DNA of 59,133 bases from positions 1-59,133 of IMG/VR virus record IMGVR_UViG_3300037145_000020; one strand, written 5' to 3'. This DNA comes from a virus (taxonomy: Duplodnaviria; Caudoviricetes). A program made the translations under genes and the position numbers. How positions within the stretch are numbered: the stretch's first letter is position 1; each line of letters begins with the position of its first letter. Positions 38,116-51,925 of the stretch are shown here, in pieces. Under the pieces are notes generated by a model. It worked only from the letters and a program-made list of their open reading frames with translations. It was not told where the DNA came from and did not search any database.

Positions 38116-38322
38116 CTAAAACCCTTCCAAGTACAGCATGCGCAGATTATATGGCGTCGGCTCTTTCTGTATGACCTTTGGCCGCTTTTCTAAGGGCAGA
38201 CCCAACGCCTCGGCGTCCTTCCACATCTCGTGGAGTCTCCCCTGTTGTTCTGGGGTGTAGCCAATCTCCGCAAGATATGATGCTACCATATCCAAGCGAC
38301 TGCTCATGTTGCTGCCCGTCAT
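38116..38322 (-). CDS. hypothetical protein
   Basis: Coupled small ORF. Confidence 0.45.
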   Translation of the reverse strand: MTGSNMSSRLDMVASYLAEIGYTPEQQGRLHEMWKDAEALGLPLEKRPKVIQKEPTPYNLRMLYLEGF

Positions 38323-38546
38323 GCTGCTTTTTGGAGATCGTCGTGTGCCTTGAGCACGCCGTCGATTACATAGCTCGTTTTCAAAAGCAGGGCTACCCCA
38401 TGCGCAAACTCGGTCGTTGCTTGGTGCGGCGGCTCTCCCTTCGCATCAGCTTCGATTATATTTCTGTATAGAGTTTCGACTAGGGTGCAGATGATCGCTT
38501 CGATTCCCTTGGCCACGCCGTCGTCAAATTGCGGTCGGTTTATCAT
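38319..38546 (-). CDS. hypothetical protein
   Basis: GGAG RBS; ATGA coupling. Confidence 0.5.
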   Translation of the reverse strand: MINRPQFDDGVAKGIEAIICTLVETLYRNIIEADAKGEPPHQATTEFAHGVALLLKTSYVIDGVLKAHDDLQKAA

Positions 38547-38782
38547 TGGTCTCTCCTTCGCCGCGCCTTCTCGGAGCGGTAAGCGTTCTCCGAGTCGATC
38601 AGAGCGACCTCGATCATATCATGAAGGTCCTCGACGGAATAAACGGTCTGCAATTCGTGGAGCGTCGCCGCTTTGAGCGACAGCGCCATTCCGATTATTC
38701 CGGGGAGGTTGGCGTACTCGGCATACTGAATTTCTTCGCTTCTTGGAGTAAGGCCGACAGGGCGTCGGCCGGCGAAAAATCC
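38543..38782 (-). CDS. tail assembly chaperone C-terminal extension (-1 frame)
   Basis: ATLHELQTVYS.EDL.D..EV motif; entered via GGATTTT at 38776-38782. Confidence 0.65.
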   Translation of the reverse strand, partial: GFFAGRRPVGLTPRSEEIQYAEYANLPGIIGMALSLKAATLHELQTVYSVEDLHDMIEVALIDSENAYRSEKARRRRDQ

Positions 38783-39195
38783 GTATGAAGGCGGAATACC
38801 TCCGACCGCAACCACATGATCGTCCTGGGTTCCTCGATGTCATCCTCGCCATGAAGAGCATCGGCGAGCGGGTATTGCGGGTCGGTTGGGTCTTTGACTG
38901 TCGCGACGCGCACAATTTTCACGCACTCCATCATCTGATCGAGCAGCGGTTCGAGCTTTTCGGGGTCGACGTCGGCGGCGAGAATTACATTCAAGCCACA
39001 TAGGGCTATGCCTGCCATCCCCAAGCGCGCGACTTCCAGCGGCAATTGTGCGCTGCTGCCCTTGAGCACGAGGGCCATGCGATAGCCCCACTTCTCCGCG
39101 CGCGCTGCAGGCCACTCAGTTAGCAGGAAATGCTTAGGCGGATTGGAGTCGCGCCCATAGCCGGGCGGGACGGTAACGACCAGTTTTTTGCGCAT
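38695..39195 (-). CDS. tail assembly chaperone
   Basis: GRD..K.F.LTE.PA..AE.W; PLLD.MM.CV; DIEE..T...LR.EV..LH.DF. Confidence 0.8.
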   Translation of the reverse strand: MRKKLVVTVPPGYGRDSNPPKHFLLTEWPAARAEKWGYRMALVLKGSSAQLPLEVARLGMAGIALCGLNVILAADVDPEKLEPLLDQMMECVKIVRVATVKDPTDPQYPLADALHGEDDIEEPRTIMWLRSEVFRLHTDFSPADALSALLQEAKKFSMPSTPTSPE

Positions 39196-39196
39196 G

Positions 39197-39637
39197 TCAC
39201 GCTGTCGGTTGCGGCAGGCAGAGGTTCCACTCGATGCGGAAGCGCTGCGGCAGCACGAGTTTCTTGCCTTGCGGGATAGGTTTGTATCCTCTCAGATAGC
39301 CGTTGATCGTCGTCCACATCTTCTGCAAGCCGGGCAGCGTGGTCGTGCCATTCGCCGTGTAGGTCGTCAGTCCTGATTGCTGGTAATTGTACCAAGCATC
39401 GAACAGCGGGATCGACGGGGAGTTCGCCTGCAGCATAAATTCCTGGATGACAGACTTGTAGACCATGCCGCCCGAGAGATAGCCGTCCACGCCCATCAGT
39501 GTCTCTGTCGGCTCGACTTCCGGCACCTCGTAGACGTCGTCGGCCGCGAAGCCCTGTAAGCGCTGCGGCGTCGTGAAACCAATCCCAGGAATTGTCAGCG
39601 TGATTGAGGCGTTCGCCGCCGTCAGATCGAGCCCCAT
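39197..39637 (-). CDS. tail tube protein
   Basis: T.AN..LQGFAADD..ET.MGVDG.LSGG; LQA.SPS..FD.W; directly after sheath. Confidence 0.8.
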   Translation of the reverse strand: MGLDLTAANASITLTIPGIGFTTPQRLQGFAADDVYEVPEVEPTETLMGVDGYLSGGMVYKSVIQEFMLQANSPSIPLFDAWYNYQQSGLTTYTANGTTTLPGLQKMWTTINGYLRGYKPIPQGKKLVLPQRFRIEWNLCLPQPTA

Positions 39638-39646
39638 TTATCGCTC

Positions 39647-41593
39647 CTATTGGACGAGGATGCTGCTCAAGTCGAGTGTGTTCACAGAACCGTTATCGAT
39701 ATAGAAAAATAGAATTGACCACGGTCCACGGCCGGCGCGCACGGTAGCGCTAGGGATGAGGACTTGCAGGTAGTAACCCTGCGTCTGCAATGCTCCCGCG
39801 ATGTTCGCTCCGGCGAGATTGTTAACCTCGAGGATTTCTGATGCATCCAACGTGTCTGGGCCGAACATGCGGAAATTCAGGCCAGCCTGAATGACCGTCT
39901 GCATGGCACCTGTGATCAGGTCGACGCCGGCTTGGTTGAACGGGATCGACAGCGTATTCGCGAGCAGATTGAGCAGTGCGGTCTGCGCTGAAGTATTGAA
40001 CCAGATTTGGTTCTCATAACTATCCGCCCACTCGAATGGCCCGGTGATTGAGCCATTCTGATTCCAGACGAAGTTCGCGTTCGCCGCGCCATATGCCCCG
40101 TAGAAATTGTAACCGTTGGCGAGCAGGTTCCCGGCCGTGGTTGGGTCGGTGACGTTGGCGGTGATGCCGGGCTGTTGACGGAAGGCGAACGAGGTTCGGC
40201 CGTTGGTGGCGCCGAAATTGGTCGACGCGGCAATGCCGAGATTGAAGGCGCATAGCCCGCTGTCCTGCGTGGCCCCTCCTTCCCAGATCAGCATCGTGCC
40301 GGAATCGTTGTCGGCCTTGAAGATTTGACCGAGGCTTGAAGCCGCATCGCTCGATGCGGCCGGGCTTTCGTCCGGGTCCCAGCAGAAATAGCCGAACCGG
40401 TTTCCGCCGAGAGCGGTGTTCTTCCACGCCGAGAAGGCTTGCTTGACCGTGTTGCCGTTCCCCCCATCGGGGTCGAATAGCGTCATGAAGTTCGCCCAAC
40501 TCACTGACTGGTTGATGAGCGAATTCATGAAGGTGGCCGGGACCGCAGCGTTCGCGCCCTGTGAAAGCGTGGCGCCTGTGGCCGAGGTCAGAAGCAGCGG
40601 AGCCGCGAGCGTCCCGGTGCAGAAGGCCGCGCTCGAATTCGATCCAGTTATTCCCGAGGTGATGACGAATGCGCCGGAGACTGAGTCGAAGGTGACTGTC
40701 GGCGCTGTCGCCGTGCTCGTCATCGCTTCTGGCGGAACGATGTTCTGCTGTGCGCCGCTGATCCGGTAGAGGCCGACCCCACCGGTGGTCCCTGAGATTT
40801 GCGAGAGAATGGACGGCGCCCCGGTCACACCAGAACCAGCAATGGTGAGACCAGCAGTGATCGTGCCAGTGATGGATCCGGTAACGTTGAGGACCGTTGA
40901 GGAGCCAGTGCAGGAGGCCGAACTAGCAGTCGTCGCGACGGATGTGACGTAGACGCCATCACCGCCAGGCGTACCAGAGGTCTGCGAGACGATCGTGGTC
41001 CCACTCGGCACTCCGGTGCCTGAGATCGTGTCGCCCACCGAAATGTATCCATTGGCGACGGCGGAGACCGTTAGGGCAGTGCCGCTGCCGCTCGCCGTGA
41101 AGCCTGCGCCGATCGATGCGGTAAACGATGCCTCGCTCGGATCGGTGAACGCCGCGCTGATCCCTGCGGCTGCTGCGGAGTAGCTGTTGTAACTGGCGAG
41201 GCTGATCGAACTAATGACATGGCTATATCCGTCCATCAAAACGGTGAGCGAGCCCGATAGGGCCTGCATCTGGGCAACCGTATTGATGGCGGCAAAGTTT
41301 CCACCGCGGAGATAGGCGGCGACGGCGCTTTCGTAATACTGCGCGAACAGGAGGGCCGACGGGAGGATAGTCGCGCCAGTGAAGCCGGCGAAGTAGATCG
41401 TCGCGAGCGAAGTCTCAAGCGCTCCGGGACCGAAAAAACTTGAAACCGCTTCCTCGTCCTCAAAACTCTGAACGGTTCCGACTGGAACGCGGGTATTCGT
41501 CGTGAGCATCAAGCCAGTGCCGTCGAGGCCCGTTCCGCCAGCGGAAATGACCGAGGGAACGACATTCACAATAGCCGAAGCAGGAATCGTCAT
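39647..41593 (-). CDS. tail sheath protein (DUF3383) with inserted beta modules
   Basis: IPAS.IV.V.P.V..AGG; A..YF.GF; NGR..AF..Q.G; L.ANGYNFYG.Y; IP.N..G. Confidence 0.9.
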   Translation of the reverse strand: MTIPASAIVNVVPSVISAGGTGLDGTGLMLTTNTRVPVGTVQSFEDEEAVSSFFGPGALETSLATIYFAGFTGATILPSALLFAQYYESAVAAYLRGGNFAAINTVAQMQALSGSLTVLMDGYSHVISSISLASYNSYSAAAAGISAAFTDPSEASFTASIGAGFTASGSGTALTVSAVANGYISVGDTISGTGVPSGTTIVSQTSGTPGGDGVYVTSVATTASSASCTGSSTVLNVTGSITGTITAGLTIAGSGVTGAPSILSQISGTTGGVGLYRISGAQQNIVPPEAMTSTATAPTVTFDSVSGAFVITSGITGSNSSAAFCTGTLAAPLLLTSATGATLSQGANAAVPATFMNSLINQSVSWANFMTLFDPDGGNGNTVKQAFSAWKNTALGGNRFGYFCWDPDESPAASSDAASSLGQIFKADNDSGTMLIWEGGATQDSGLCAFNLGIAASTNFGATNGRTSFAFRQQPGITANVTDPTTAGNLLANGYNFYGAYGAANANFVWNQNGSITGPFEWADSYENQIWFNTSAQTALLNLLANTLSIPFNQAGVDLITGAMQTVIQAGLNFRMFGPDTLDASEILEVNNLAGANIAGALQTQGYYLQVLIPSATVRAGRGPWSILFFYIDNGSVNTLDLSSILVQ

Positions 41594-41673
41594 CTCTGGC
41601 TTCCCCTCGCGCCGAGTCGGCAGGTTTGCTCATTTAGCATAAGGCTTCGCGCTCTACAACGTAACGCCTCGCC

Positions 41674-42231
41674 TTACGGGCGCTTGATGAGCGTGATCGT
41701 GATGTCGAGGACAGCATTGTTGAGGTGCTTGACTGCGTACTGCTTGTATTCATCGTTTCGCGAGGCGATGTCCGGGTCGACCGCGTATCCGTAGGTGGCG
41801 GCAAAATCGAAATCGCATGTGATCGGGTATTGCTGGTGCTTGTTGGCCTCTCGGAAGGCTTTGTTGAACACCAGAAATGATGTCTCGCAGATCGGCGGCC
41901 ATTTGTAGAACGGGTCCGAGACTGACCGCATCGACATCCAATGCGGGGCTTTGATCGTGACCTTGGAACCTGGCTTGAGGATGCGCCAGCATTCCTGGAT
42001 GAATTGGACCCGCTCGGGACCGTCAAGGAATGAGAGATAATAGTTGCAGACGATGTCGCTGACCGAGTCCGCGTCCCATGGCCATGGGTACTGCTTCAGG
42101 TCGTGCTGTTGGTCGGTGTTGTCGAACTTGTGGAGATCGACACCGAGGTAGCCGTCAATCCTATGGTCGCCGCAGGCGAGATTGAGTTTCAATTCCGGCG
42201 CAAGTTCGACTTTGATAGCCGGCTCACTCAT
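41674..42231 (-). CDS. class I SAM-dependent methyltransferase-like protein
   Basis: LNLACG..GY.GVD..HDL..PW..DSV..E.WRILKPG. Confidence 0.75.
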   Translation of the reverse strand: MSEPAIKVELAPELKLNLACGDHRIDGYLGVDLHKFDNTDQQHDLKQYPWPWDADSVSDIVCNYYLSFLDGPERVQFIQECWRILKPGSKVTIKAPHWMSMRSVSDPFYKWPPICETSFLVFNKAFREANKHQQYPITCDFDFAATYGYAVDPDIASRNDEYKQYAVKHLNNAVLDITITLIKRP

Positions 42232-42806
42232 TTCTTCCTCATCACAATGGTGCCGTGAAACACAGCCGCGAATTCACATGTCGAGGCGATGGGATCGTCG
42301 CCTTCCTGTTCGCGCATGATCTTGCGGCATATCTCGGCCAGTCGCGCACCAGCATCGTCGTGAACGATATCCTCCAGAAGATAATAGCCACCAGATGACA
42401 GATGCGGCCAGAGCATGCGGAGGCTGGTCAATTGTTGCTCGGCGCTGTGGCCGCCGTCGTCGTTGATGATGTCGAATGGGGCGTGCGTGGTTATGAGACG
42501 CTGGAGATCATCTGCGTTCGCCTGATCGGCCGTGACAATGCCAATGCGTTCTTCGGCGTATTGCTGTTTGCCTTGGTCGTTATCTAGGCCGACGATTCGC
42601 GCATGGGGAAAGTAGTCTCGCCACATTTTCAGCGACCCACCACCACCGATGCCAATTTCGAGCAGCGTTTTGCACGATCCCATCCATTCGGCCAGAAAGA
42701 ATTCATAGAAGCCGAGATAGTCGTGCCCGGTCGAGCTTTTGTCGGTCCCGTATTGCTTGCCGAGATGATCGAGGAATCCGCGTCCGTACCATCTCACGGC
42801 AGGCAC
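42228..42806 (-). CDS. sugar O-methyltransferase (MycE/TylE-like)
   Basis: YGTDK..H.Y..YE; LLEIG..GGSL.MW..YFP; FDII.DDG.H; GG.Y..ED. Confidence 0.8.
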   Translation of the reverse strand: MPAVRWYGRGFLDHLGKQYGTDKSSTGHDYLGFYEFFLAEWMGSCKTLLEIGIGGGGSLKMWRDYFPHARIVGLDNDQGKQQYAEERIGIVTADQANADDLQRLITTHAPFDIINDDGGHSAEQQLTSLRMLWPHLSSGGYYLLEDIVHDDAGARLAEICRKIMREQEGDDPIASTCEFAAVFHGTIVMRKK

Positions 42807-43009
42807 TCAGCGTGAAATGTCTTACCGATCTCCCATGGCTTATACCAAGGGGCTGGAATGTAAAAAGCATCTTGGTTCCATTCGCAGCCTTTGCCACAGC
42901 CATCGCAAATTCGGACGCCATGGATGACATGCAGGCCCGGTCGGTTCTTTTCATCGACTTGTGCCTGCGCATAACCATCGGCGTAACCGCGTTCATATTC
43001 CTTCACCAC
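42794..43009 (-). CDS. hypothetical protein
   Basis: Small coupled ORF with CDGCG. Confidence 0.45.
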   Translation of the reverse strand: MVKEYERGYADGYAQAQVDEKNRPGLHVIHGVRICDGCGKGCEWNQDAFYIPAPWYKPWEIGKTFHAECLP

Positions 43010-43725
43010 ATGATCTCCTCATCCTGCGACCAGTGCCCAACGCGAATTGAGCAATCCACGCAGCATCGATAGCCGAACTGCCGCCAATCTTGCCATGCCC
43101 AGAGGTCTTGCGTGGCGCATCCTTCCGCAGTGTTTGCTACTGTTCTGAACCATGGCCGCCTTAACTTCGGGTCTTTGAAAATCTCCATACGGAATAGAGT
43201 AAATCCCATTCCGGTCCCGCAGCATTCTCTCAGGCCACCATTCGGGTCGGGAAGCTGCGGCCTGAAATTAATCGGATGCTTGTTCGGATCGCCCCATATT
43301 TGCGCAACGCCGCCATGGCCCTTGGTGAAGTAGAGTCCGCCAATGGCCGCGAATTCCGGATGCGCGTCGGCGCATGCGAGCAATCTAACGAGCCCGTCAG
43401 GCGGTGGCGCATTGTCGTGCTCGAGCGTGACGACGAATCTGAATTTTGAAAGCTCTGGATGATTGACCACAGATTCTATGGTCTGACTGTATGCCTCGCC
43501 GACTTCCATTCCTTGAGCAAACAGGCGTGCCACCTTTTGGTTGGGCGGATTCATCATATTCATCCAATTCGCCACGATCCGCGTTGGGATGCTGGCGAAA
43601 GCCGGGATGATGAGGACCGTCGATAGATCCTTGTAGGCCGCTTCCTCACGCAGCCGGATGACTGTCGCACCGAGATCAGCGCTGTGGGCACCTTCGTCGT
43701 AGCTGGAGAGGATCTGCGGCTTCAT
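43003..43725 (-). CDS. GT-A fold (GT2-like) glycosyltransferase
   Basis: VTLEHDN (DxD-like), GGLY, GTGMGFTL.R.EIF, QDL, GY...VD.SI..GH. Confidence 0.75.
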   Translation of the reverse strand: MKPQILSSYDEGAHSADLGATVIRLREEAAYKDLSTVLIIPAFASIPTRIVANWMNMMNPPNQKVARLFAQGMEVGEAYSQTIESVVNHPELSKFRFVVTLEHDNAPPPDGLVRLLACADAHPEFAAIGGLYFTKGHGGVAQIWGDPNKHPINFRPQLPDPNGGLRECCGTGMGFTLFRMEIFKDPKLRRPWFRTVANTAEGCATQDLWAWQDWRQFGYRCCVDCSIRVGHWSQDEEIMW

Positions 43726-43891
43726 GCTTCCATCCAACGCCACTCGGAAAGCGGCGTAACCACCGTGTGTCCAGGATGATCCAGCAACCCCCAGCCCTTT
43801 CTTGACTCATCCCAAAACACGCGAAACATGTGGCATGGGATGCCAGCTAGAATTATCCGGTCTCTAGGAGCATTTTCCATCGTATTTTCAC

Positions 43892-46779
<2,888 letters not shown>

Positions 46780-46780
<1 letters not shown>

Positions 46781-47586
46781 TAGCTCACGCCGAATTTGAG
46801 CGTGTTGGCCCCGAGCGTCATGACTCCGGTTTCGTCAAAGCAGCCGGCGTCTATAAACGGAATGGTATCGGTGGTGGCCGAATACACATTAGCTCCACCG
46901 CCGCTGTAGTAGTCAGTCCTAGTGGGCAGATCATCCGGCGTGTTGTTGAACCGCATTGCGTCGATCAGAAACAAGTCGGCCTGATTACCCATGGTATCGT
47001 TAACGATCAAGCCGAGGTTGGCTCCGTTGAAGTCGAACTGACTCAATGTCGCGACCGTCGCAAACATGGCACCCAAAATGCTTTCGGACGGCTGAGCCAG
47101 CGTGAGCGAAAAATATGGTTCTATGGGCGGGTTGGTGGTCTTTGGGAATGCATAGGCCGGGATGTTCGCCACCAAGGCGTCGATAGAGATCGCCGTGTAT
47201 TGGTCGCCTCGGTAGTCGGGGCCGACTTGAAAATATCGAAGCGAGCTGTTCCAGGCGAGCAAGCCATTGAAGTATTTATTCCCGAGGACGGTGTTGCCTA
47301 ATTGGCCGTCTCTAATTGATTGTCCGACGGGCGGGGAATAGGCGATCGGATAGCCGCTAAAGCTGTTTGCTCCCTCTGATCCTGAATTGTATAGCGGATA
47401 AGCCTGTGACGAAGCACTGCTCGGCGCTGGGCTGATCAGCACGTTCGACCTATCGGTCACAATCTCCGAATTCGTGTTGAAGAAGCCGTAGAGGATCAAA
47501 TAACGAGAGGCCGAGGCGACCGGCGGGACGAATAGACCGCGCGAGCCACCTGGGCTAATTCCGGGCAGGATGAGCTTGGTGCTCAC
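46780..47586 (-). CDS. hypothetical virion-region protein
   Basis: GTG start overlapping the upstream stop (MSTKLILPG). Confidence 0.6.
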
Positions 47587-47966
47587 GTCGTCAGGTTCCC
47601 TGACAGCAGCCACGTATCTGCGGCCGTCTTGAGCAGTGAAGCTCCCGCGAATTGACCGCCGCTCTGCGTTGCGCTGTTGAATGAATTGAGGGTGACTCCG
47701 GCGCCGGCCGTAAATGCGATTGCGCCCGCTCCTCCCTGGATGACGACGATTGTGGTGCCTATCTCGAAATCGACATCCGTGTCGGGAGGGATGGTCAATG
47801 TGATTGCAGTCGCGGCAGTGAAATTGAGGCACTCGCCGCCTTCGCCACCGGTTAACGCGTAGCTGGTTGCCGCGATGTTCTCTACCGGGGTGAGACCGCC
47901 GTCGCTATCAGGCGGGTACGGCGCTTCGAGGTCGCCGATGTCCGTGAAAAAGTACCGGGTGCCCAT
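47583..47966 (-). CDS. fibre-associated small protein
   Basis: F.IGT.I...Q.GAG.I...GAGVT...L.K...DTW..SG.L, a common fibre-end domain. Confidence 0.7.
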   Translation of the reverse strand: MGTRYFFTDIGDLEAPYPPDSDGGLTPVENIAATSYALTGGEGGECLNFTAATAITLTIPPDTDVDFEIGTTIVVIQGGAGAIAFTAGAGVTLNSFNSATQSGGQFAGASLLKTAADTWLLSGNLTT

Positions 47967-47976
47967 TTGATTCCCC

Positions 47977-48990
47977 TCAGTTCGTCGGCTCGCGCAACTC
48001 GACTCCGCCGTATTCTAGCAGTTCGTTGCCGCCTGTCTCTGCAATCTGCGGAGTGACGCTGATGAGCGTCAGATCAAGGGAATCGGCGAATTGCAGCGGG
48101 ACCTCGATCAACTGGTCGACTTCGAAGCAGGCTTCGAGGACCCATCGCCACTCGTACTGATCCTGATCGTTGACGAAGGGAATCTGCTTCGGGTCGTCCG
48201 CATAGAGGGGGACGACTCCCGCAAGGGCACCTCCGAGTTGGGCGAAAAAATTGACACCGTATGGATCGCGCAGCGCAGTGGAGACAGTCTGTGCAAAGTC
48301 GCCCGCGGTCGTGTCCGAGGAATGGAAGTCAATTTGCACCGTTACCTTGGCGCTCTGGACGAGACTATTGAAGCCCGCTCCCATTACGCCGCTTGAGACA
48401 GTTTGGCTTGGGGTGATCGTGTAGGTACCAGCGCCGCCCGGCGTGCCCGTGAGTTGATTGAGCACCACAGTGCCCGCAGTCACTCCGGTACCGCTGACCG
48501 TCAATCCAGCCTCAAGCTCCCCTGCCCCGATCGAGACCGAGGCGACGGTCATAACCGTGCCGGCAATCGAAGCCGTAAACCGGACGTCCTGTGGCGTGTC
48601 GACGTTCGTCGCAAGGCGCTCGAACCGAATCGGCGTCATCACCGCGAACCATGGATTGACAGATTCCGCGACCCTGTTCGGCTGGCCAGCCACTACCGAG
48701 ACGCCTGTGGCCATCGGCGTTTGATTCGAGATCGTCTGCGAAACCGAAACCGTCCACTTGTTCGAGAATCCGGGGACTGGCGCGACGATGGTCGTGCCTG
48801 GCGCAGCGCCGAGAAGGGGGGCGTTGCTGAGGATTGTCCCCATCTCCAGCGCGCTCACAGTGAGCACTGTGCCTGCGATCGTTCCTGAGAACACGGCAGG
48901 CAATGCGCCGGGAAAGCCTGGCAGCACCTGATTTATGAATGCGGCGAGAGCGGCCTGGACATTTGATTGTGTCGGGGTGATCGCATTCAC
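47977..48990 (-). CDS. tail terminator/neck protein with two inserted beta modules
   Basis: GQ.NRV..MTP...RL.TN; VQ.DF..LRD..PLYADDP.Q.PF......E.RW. Confidence 0.75.
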   Translation of the reverse strand: MNAITPTQSNVQAALAAFINQVLPGFPGALPAVFSGTIAGTVLTVSALEMGTILSNAPLLGAAPGTTIVAPVPGFSNKWTVSVSQTISNQTPMATGVSVVAGQPNRVAESVNPWFAVMTPIRFERLATNVDTPQDVRFTASIAGTVMTVASVSIGAGELEAGLTVSGTGVTAGTVVLNQLTGTPGGAGTYTITPSQTVSSGVMGAGFNSLVQSAKVTVQIDFHSSDTTAGDFAQTVSTALRDPYGVNFFAQLGGALAGVVPLYADDPKQIPFVNDQDQYEWRWVLEACFEVDQLIEVPLQFADSLDLTLISVTPQIAETGGNELLEYGGVELREPTN

Positions 48991-50864
48991 GCCGCTTGAT
49001 CCATGAAGGCCGGGCTGTTGTCGTTGGAAGCGGGGTCAAGGTCGCGCTTGAGCAGATAGTTTGTCGTCGTACGCCCGCGCTGAATGAGCAATGTGCTATT
49101 GGTGAGCGCCACGCCGGCAAGCGTGCCGAGGCCGCCTGTGTTGCCTAGCGTGATCGTTCCATCCCCGTTGCTGTAGTAAGTCACGCCCGGTGTGAGGCCG
49201 CTAAACCCGGCAGCTATGCCACCCGTCGTGACAGTGCACGGATTTCCGTTAGTGCATGCGGTTCCGGCAAATCCGACCGGGCCGTTGTTGATCGGCTCAT
49301 AAGAAACAACACGCATCAAGAAGTTGAGATTGGAGTCGAAAAACCAAGCAAGAACATCGGAACTATCCAGAGGATTGATGCCATAATTCCACGTATTGAG
49401 ATGCTGAATCGGTGGAGAAACAACACCCGCGCCATTTGTCTCATAGAGATCGGAAATGCCATCCACAATCATCAAATTGCTGCCAACAGCGGCCATTGCA
49501 TTGATGGCAATGCTCGACGGCTGATAGCTGGTTGTTTCATTGAACTGTCCGAATACGCCATTGAGAGGAAAGCTCACAGCAGCGTTAAGCCCGATAGAAG
49601 CGGGCACCGTGATGGTTGTCCCAGATACCGTGCATAACTGCGGCAACACACCGCCGAAGCCGAAAGCAACTTGCGTGGTGCCGATCGAGACGGCAGGCCA
49701 CAGTAATTGATAGATGCTGTACGACGGCAGTGTCGAGAAGGCATACGGCACCTGAACGTTGGATGACACGAGGGCAGGCGTGCCCCACGTGATGGTCGTG
49801 CCGGAGATGCTCAAAGCCGCCGCATAGCCGGAAAGGCCGGTATTAGCGACGGCGTTGCCGACTGAGTAGCCCAGAACGACACTTGTTGGAGTTAGTGCGA
49901 CAGGCTGCGAGAAGGCTATTCCAATCGGGCTGAATGGGTTGGACGGGGTGACGCCAGATAGTGCGACGGGCGTGTGAACGGTTGCGGTTGTGCCAGAAAT
50001 GGTGACGACCACGGCAGTGAGCGTATTTGAGTTTCCGGAATCGTCAAAAAATATAACGATTGACGAGGTCGTTAGGGCCACCCCCAACATTTGCGAAGCC
50101 CCGGTGATGGTTGCTGGAGCTCCAAAGGCAATCGTGGTGCCCGACAAGGTAAATGCGGCGACGGTGCCGTTATTAAGCAATGCCACACCGAGCGTCGATG
50201 TAAGGGGCAATATCTGGCGAGCCAGCGCACCTGGATCAGTGGAAGTACCGAGCGTGATCGCGCCGCCGCTGATCGTTCCAGCATAGACAGTAGCAGAGGC
50301 TTCGCTTATCAGGACGAATGAATTGGCCGAAAATCCAGCGACTCCGGCTATGACGATATTCGTCGTTAAGACGTTGCCCAAGGTGAGCGTAGTCCCCGAC
50401 CTGGATAGCGGCACAATCGCCGAGTTCGCGCCGCCGTCCGTAGTCCATGCAACGATTTCGTTTGATGACAATACAGCGGCATCAGCCCAAGCCGGGACAT
50501 TTGCATAGGCATTCGGGGCGATGGTGGTAACCACGCCATTGATATTCGGTGCCGGTCCCCATGTCTGGACCGCCTGACCGGACGAATTGATCGAGACCGA
50601 AGTGCCCGCGGCGATGTTTGTTCCGGCCGTGAGCGTGATCGTATTGCCGCCGCCCCCACATGGCGCGCCAGCATCCTGGATCGATCCACTTGCGAACCAC
50701 GACGCGCAATCGCCCGGAGTGACTGCACCATGCTGGGTGATGCCTCCGCCACCTGAGCTGGGCCCCCCGTTCGGCGTCATGTAGCTGCCGTTGTTCGGGG
50801 CACCTTGCCCGAGCAGCAGCAGAGCGACGACGGTGAGTGCGAGGAAGGTCCCGATCCGCTTCAT
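48987..50864 (-). CDS. signal-peptide-bearing beta-propeller-like protein
   Basis: [21 protein letters not shown]; repeated SGTTIT.G blades; GLTPG..YY..G...AG.AL. Confidence 0.7.
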   Translation of the reverse strand: MKRIGTFLALTVVALLLLGQGAPNNGSYMTPNGGPSSGGGGITQHGAVTPGDCASWFASGSIQDAGAPCGGGGNTITLTAGTNIAAGTSVSINSSGQAVQTWGPAPNINGVVTTIAPNAYANVPAWADAAVLSSNEIVAWTTDGGANSAIVPLSRSGTTLTLGNVLTTNIVIAGVAGFSANSFVLISEASATVYAGTISGGAITLGTSTDPGALARQILPLTSTLGVALLNNGTVAAFTLSGTTIAFGAPATITGASQMLGVALTTSSIVIFFDDSGNSNTLTAVVVTISGTTATVHTPVALSGVTPSNPFSPIGIAFSQPVALTPTSVVLGYSVGNAVANTGLSGYAAALSISGTTITWGTPALVSSNVQVPYAFSTLPSYSIYQLLWPAVSIGTTQVAFGFGGVLPQLCTVSGTTITVPASIGLNAAVSFPLNGVFGQFNETTSYQPSSIAINAMAAVGSNLMIVDGISDLYETNGAGVVSPPIQHLNTWNYGINPLDSSDVLAWFFDSNLNFLMRVVSYEPINNGPVGFAGTACTNGNPCTVTTGGIAAGFSGLTPGVTYYSNGDGTITLGNTGGLGTLAGVALTNSTLLIQRGRTTTNYLLKRDLDPASNDNSPAFMDQAA

Positions 50865-50874
50865 GTCTCAACCC

Positions 50875-51441
50875 CTACCGATAAAAGCTGAGATCGAGAG
50901 TCGCCGATGAGGTCTGCTGAATGACCTCCCAATTCGCGATGGTCGACTGGTAGGTAAATGCCTGCCCGGAGGCGAGCGGCTCACCCACGCTCGCTGTCGG
51001 GGCCTGCAAGTCGTCTCGATAACGGACGGCTGCACCCTCAACCGCAACCACCATCAGCGTCGCTCCGTTCGGAATACCCCCCGACGTCAGAGACGCTGCA
51101 CTCGAAGTGGTCACGTTGTTCGTCGTGTAGACGCCGGCTCCGTTCGGCGTGCCGCTGATCTGTGAAGCGATAAAGGTTCCCGTCGGCACTCCAGTGCCCG
51201 CCAGTTGATCGCCAATCTGGATTCGGCCGGTCACGCTGCTGGTCGTCAACTGCGTGCCGGATCCCGTCGCGGTGAACGATGCGCGCGTGCAATTGGCCGC
51301 GGTGATGAATGTTGCGCTTCCGAGCGAGGTCATCTGACACTGCCCGAGCGGGACGAAGGTCAATGCGGTCTGCGCTATGGCTGCGCTCAGCCACGCGAGC
51401 GTGAGAACTGCGGCGAGCGCGACGGCCTTAAGGTTTCTCAT
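50875..51441 (-). CDS. signal-peptide-bearing protein with inserted beta module
   Basis: MRNLKAVALAAVLTLAWLSAAIAQ; VRYRDD..APTASVG..L. Confidence 0.7.
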   Translation of the reverse strand: MRNLKAVALAAVLTLAWLSAAIAQTALTFVPLGQCQMTSLGSATFITAANCTRASFTATGSGTQLTTSSVTGRIQIGDQLAGTGVPTGTFIASQISGTPNGAGVYTTNNVTTSSAASLTSGGIPNGATLMVVAVEGAAVRYRDDLQAPTASVGEPLASGQAFTYQSTIANWEVIQQTSSATLDLSFYR

Positions 51442-51601
51442 GCAGTTTCCTCTCGCAATCTTACGCCAGCGGCAGATGCTCGGTTCACCGCACAGAAGAA
51501 TGCCGCTTGTGGGTTTGGCGGCAGGATGATGATCGTGGCTGGCTCGCGCGGTGGAAGACGGCTGCGCCTTTCGTAATCGCGAATCTGAACCACCTTTTCG
51601 C

Positions 51602-51919
51602 TCATGATGCCGGTCCCGCAATGAAGCAGCGAATTTGAAGCTGGCCGGTCGAATCGAAGTAAGGCCAAACGATTGCCGTCTTAGCACGGTTCCGCTCGGT
51701 CACTACAGCCTCTGGCGGGACATCAATCCAGCGGTCCGAAAGGCGGACGCGGTAGTGTCCGTCCTTAGTGTCCCAATCGATATCCTGAATTGCTGCTCCA
51801 TCGGCGAAGCTGCAGCACAGCCCTTTGTCGCTGCGCAGGCTGTCAAACCAATCGTGGAGTGCGTCGTTGGCCCATTCCGGGTTTTGCGAGAGCAGGAGCA
51901 GAACGATAATGATTCGCAT
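51602..51919 (-). CDS. secreted Cys-containing hypothetical protein
   Basis: WF.SL....CCS.ADG..W...GHY.V....W..VP..AV..N....VW..IRCF. Confidence 0.7.
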   Translation of the reverse strand: MRIIIVLLLLSQNPEWANDALHDWFDSLRSDKGLCCSFADGAAIQDIDWDTKDGHYRVRLSDRWIDVPPEAVVTERNRAKTAIVWPYFDSTGQLQIRCFIAGPAS

Positions 51920-51925
51920 TTCGCA

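Noticed and set aside
47587-47832. N-terminal extension of ORF 46780-47832
   Set aside because: Overlaps the 47583-47966 gene out of frame; a GTG start at 47586 coupled to the upstream stop is more plausible.
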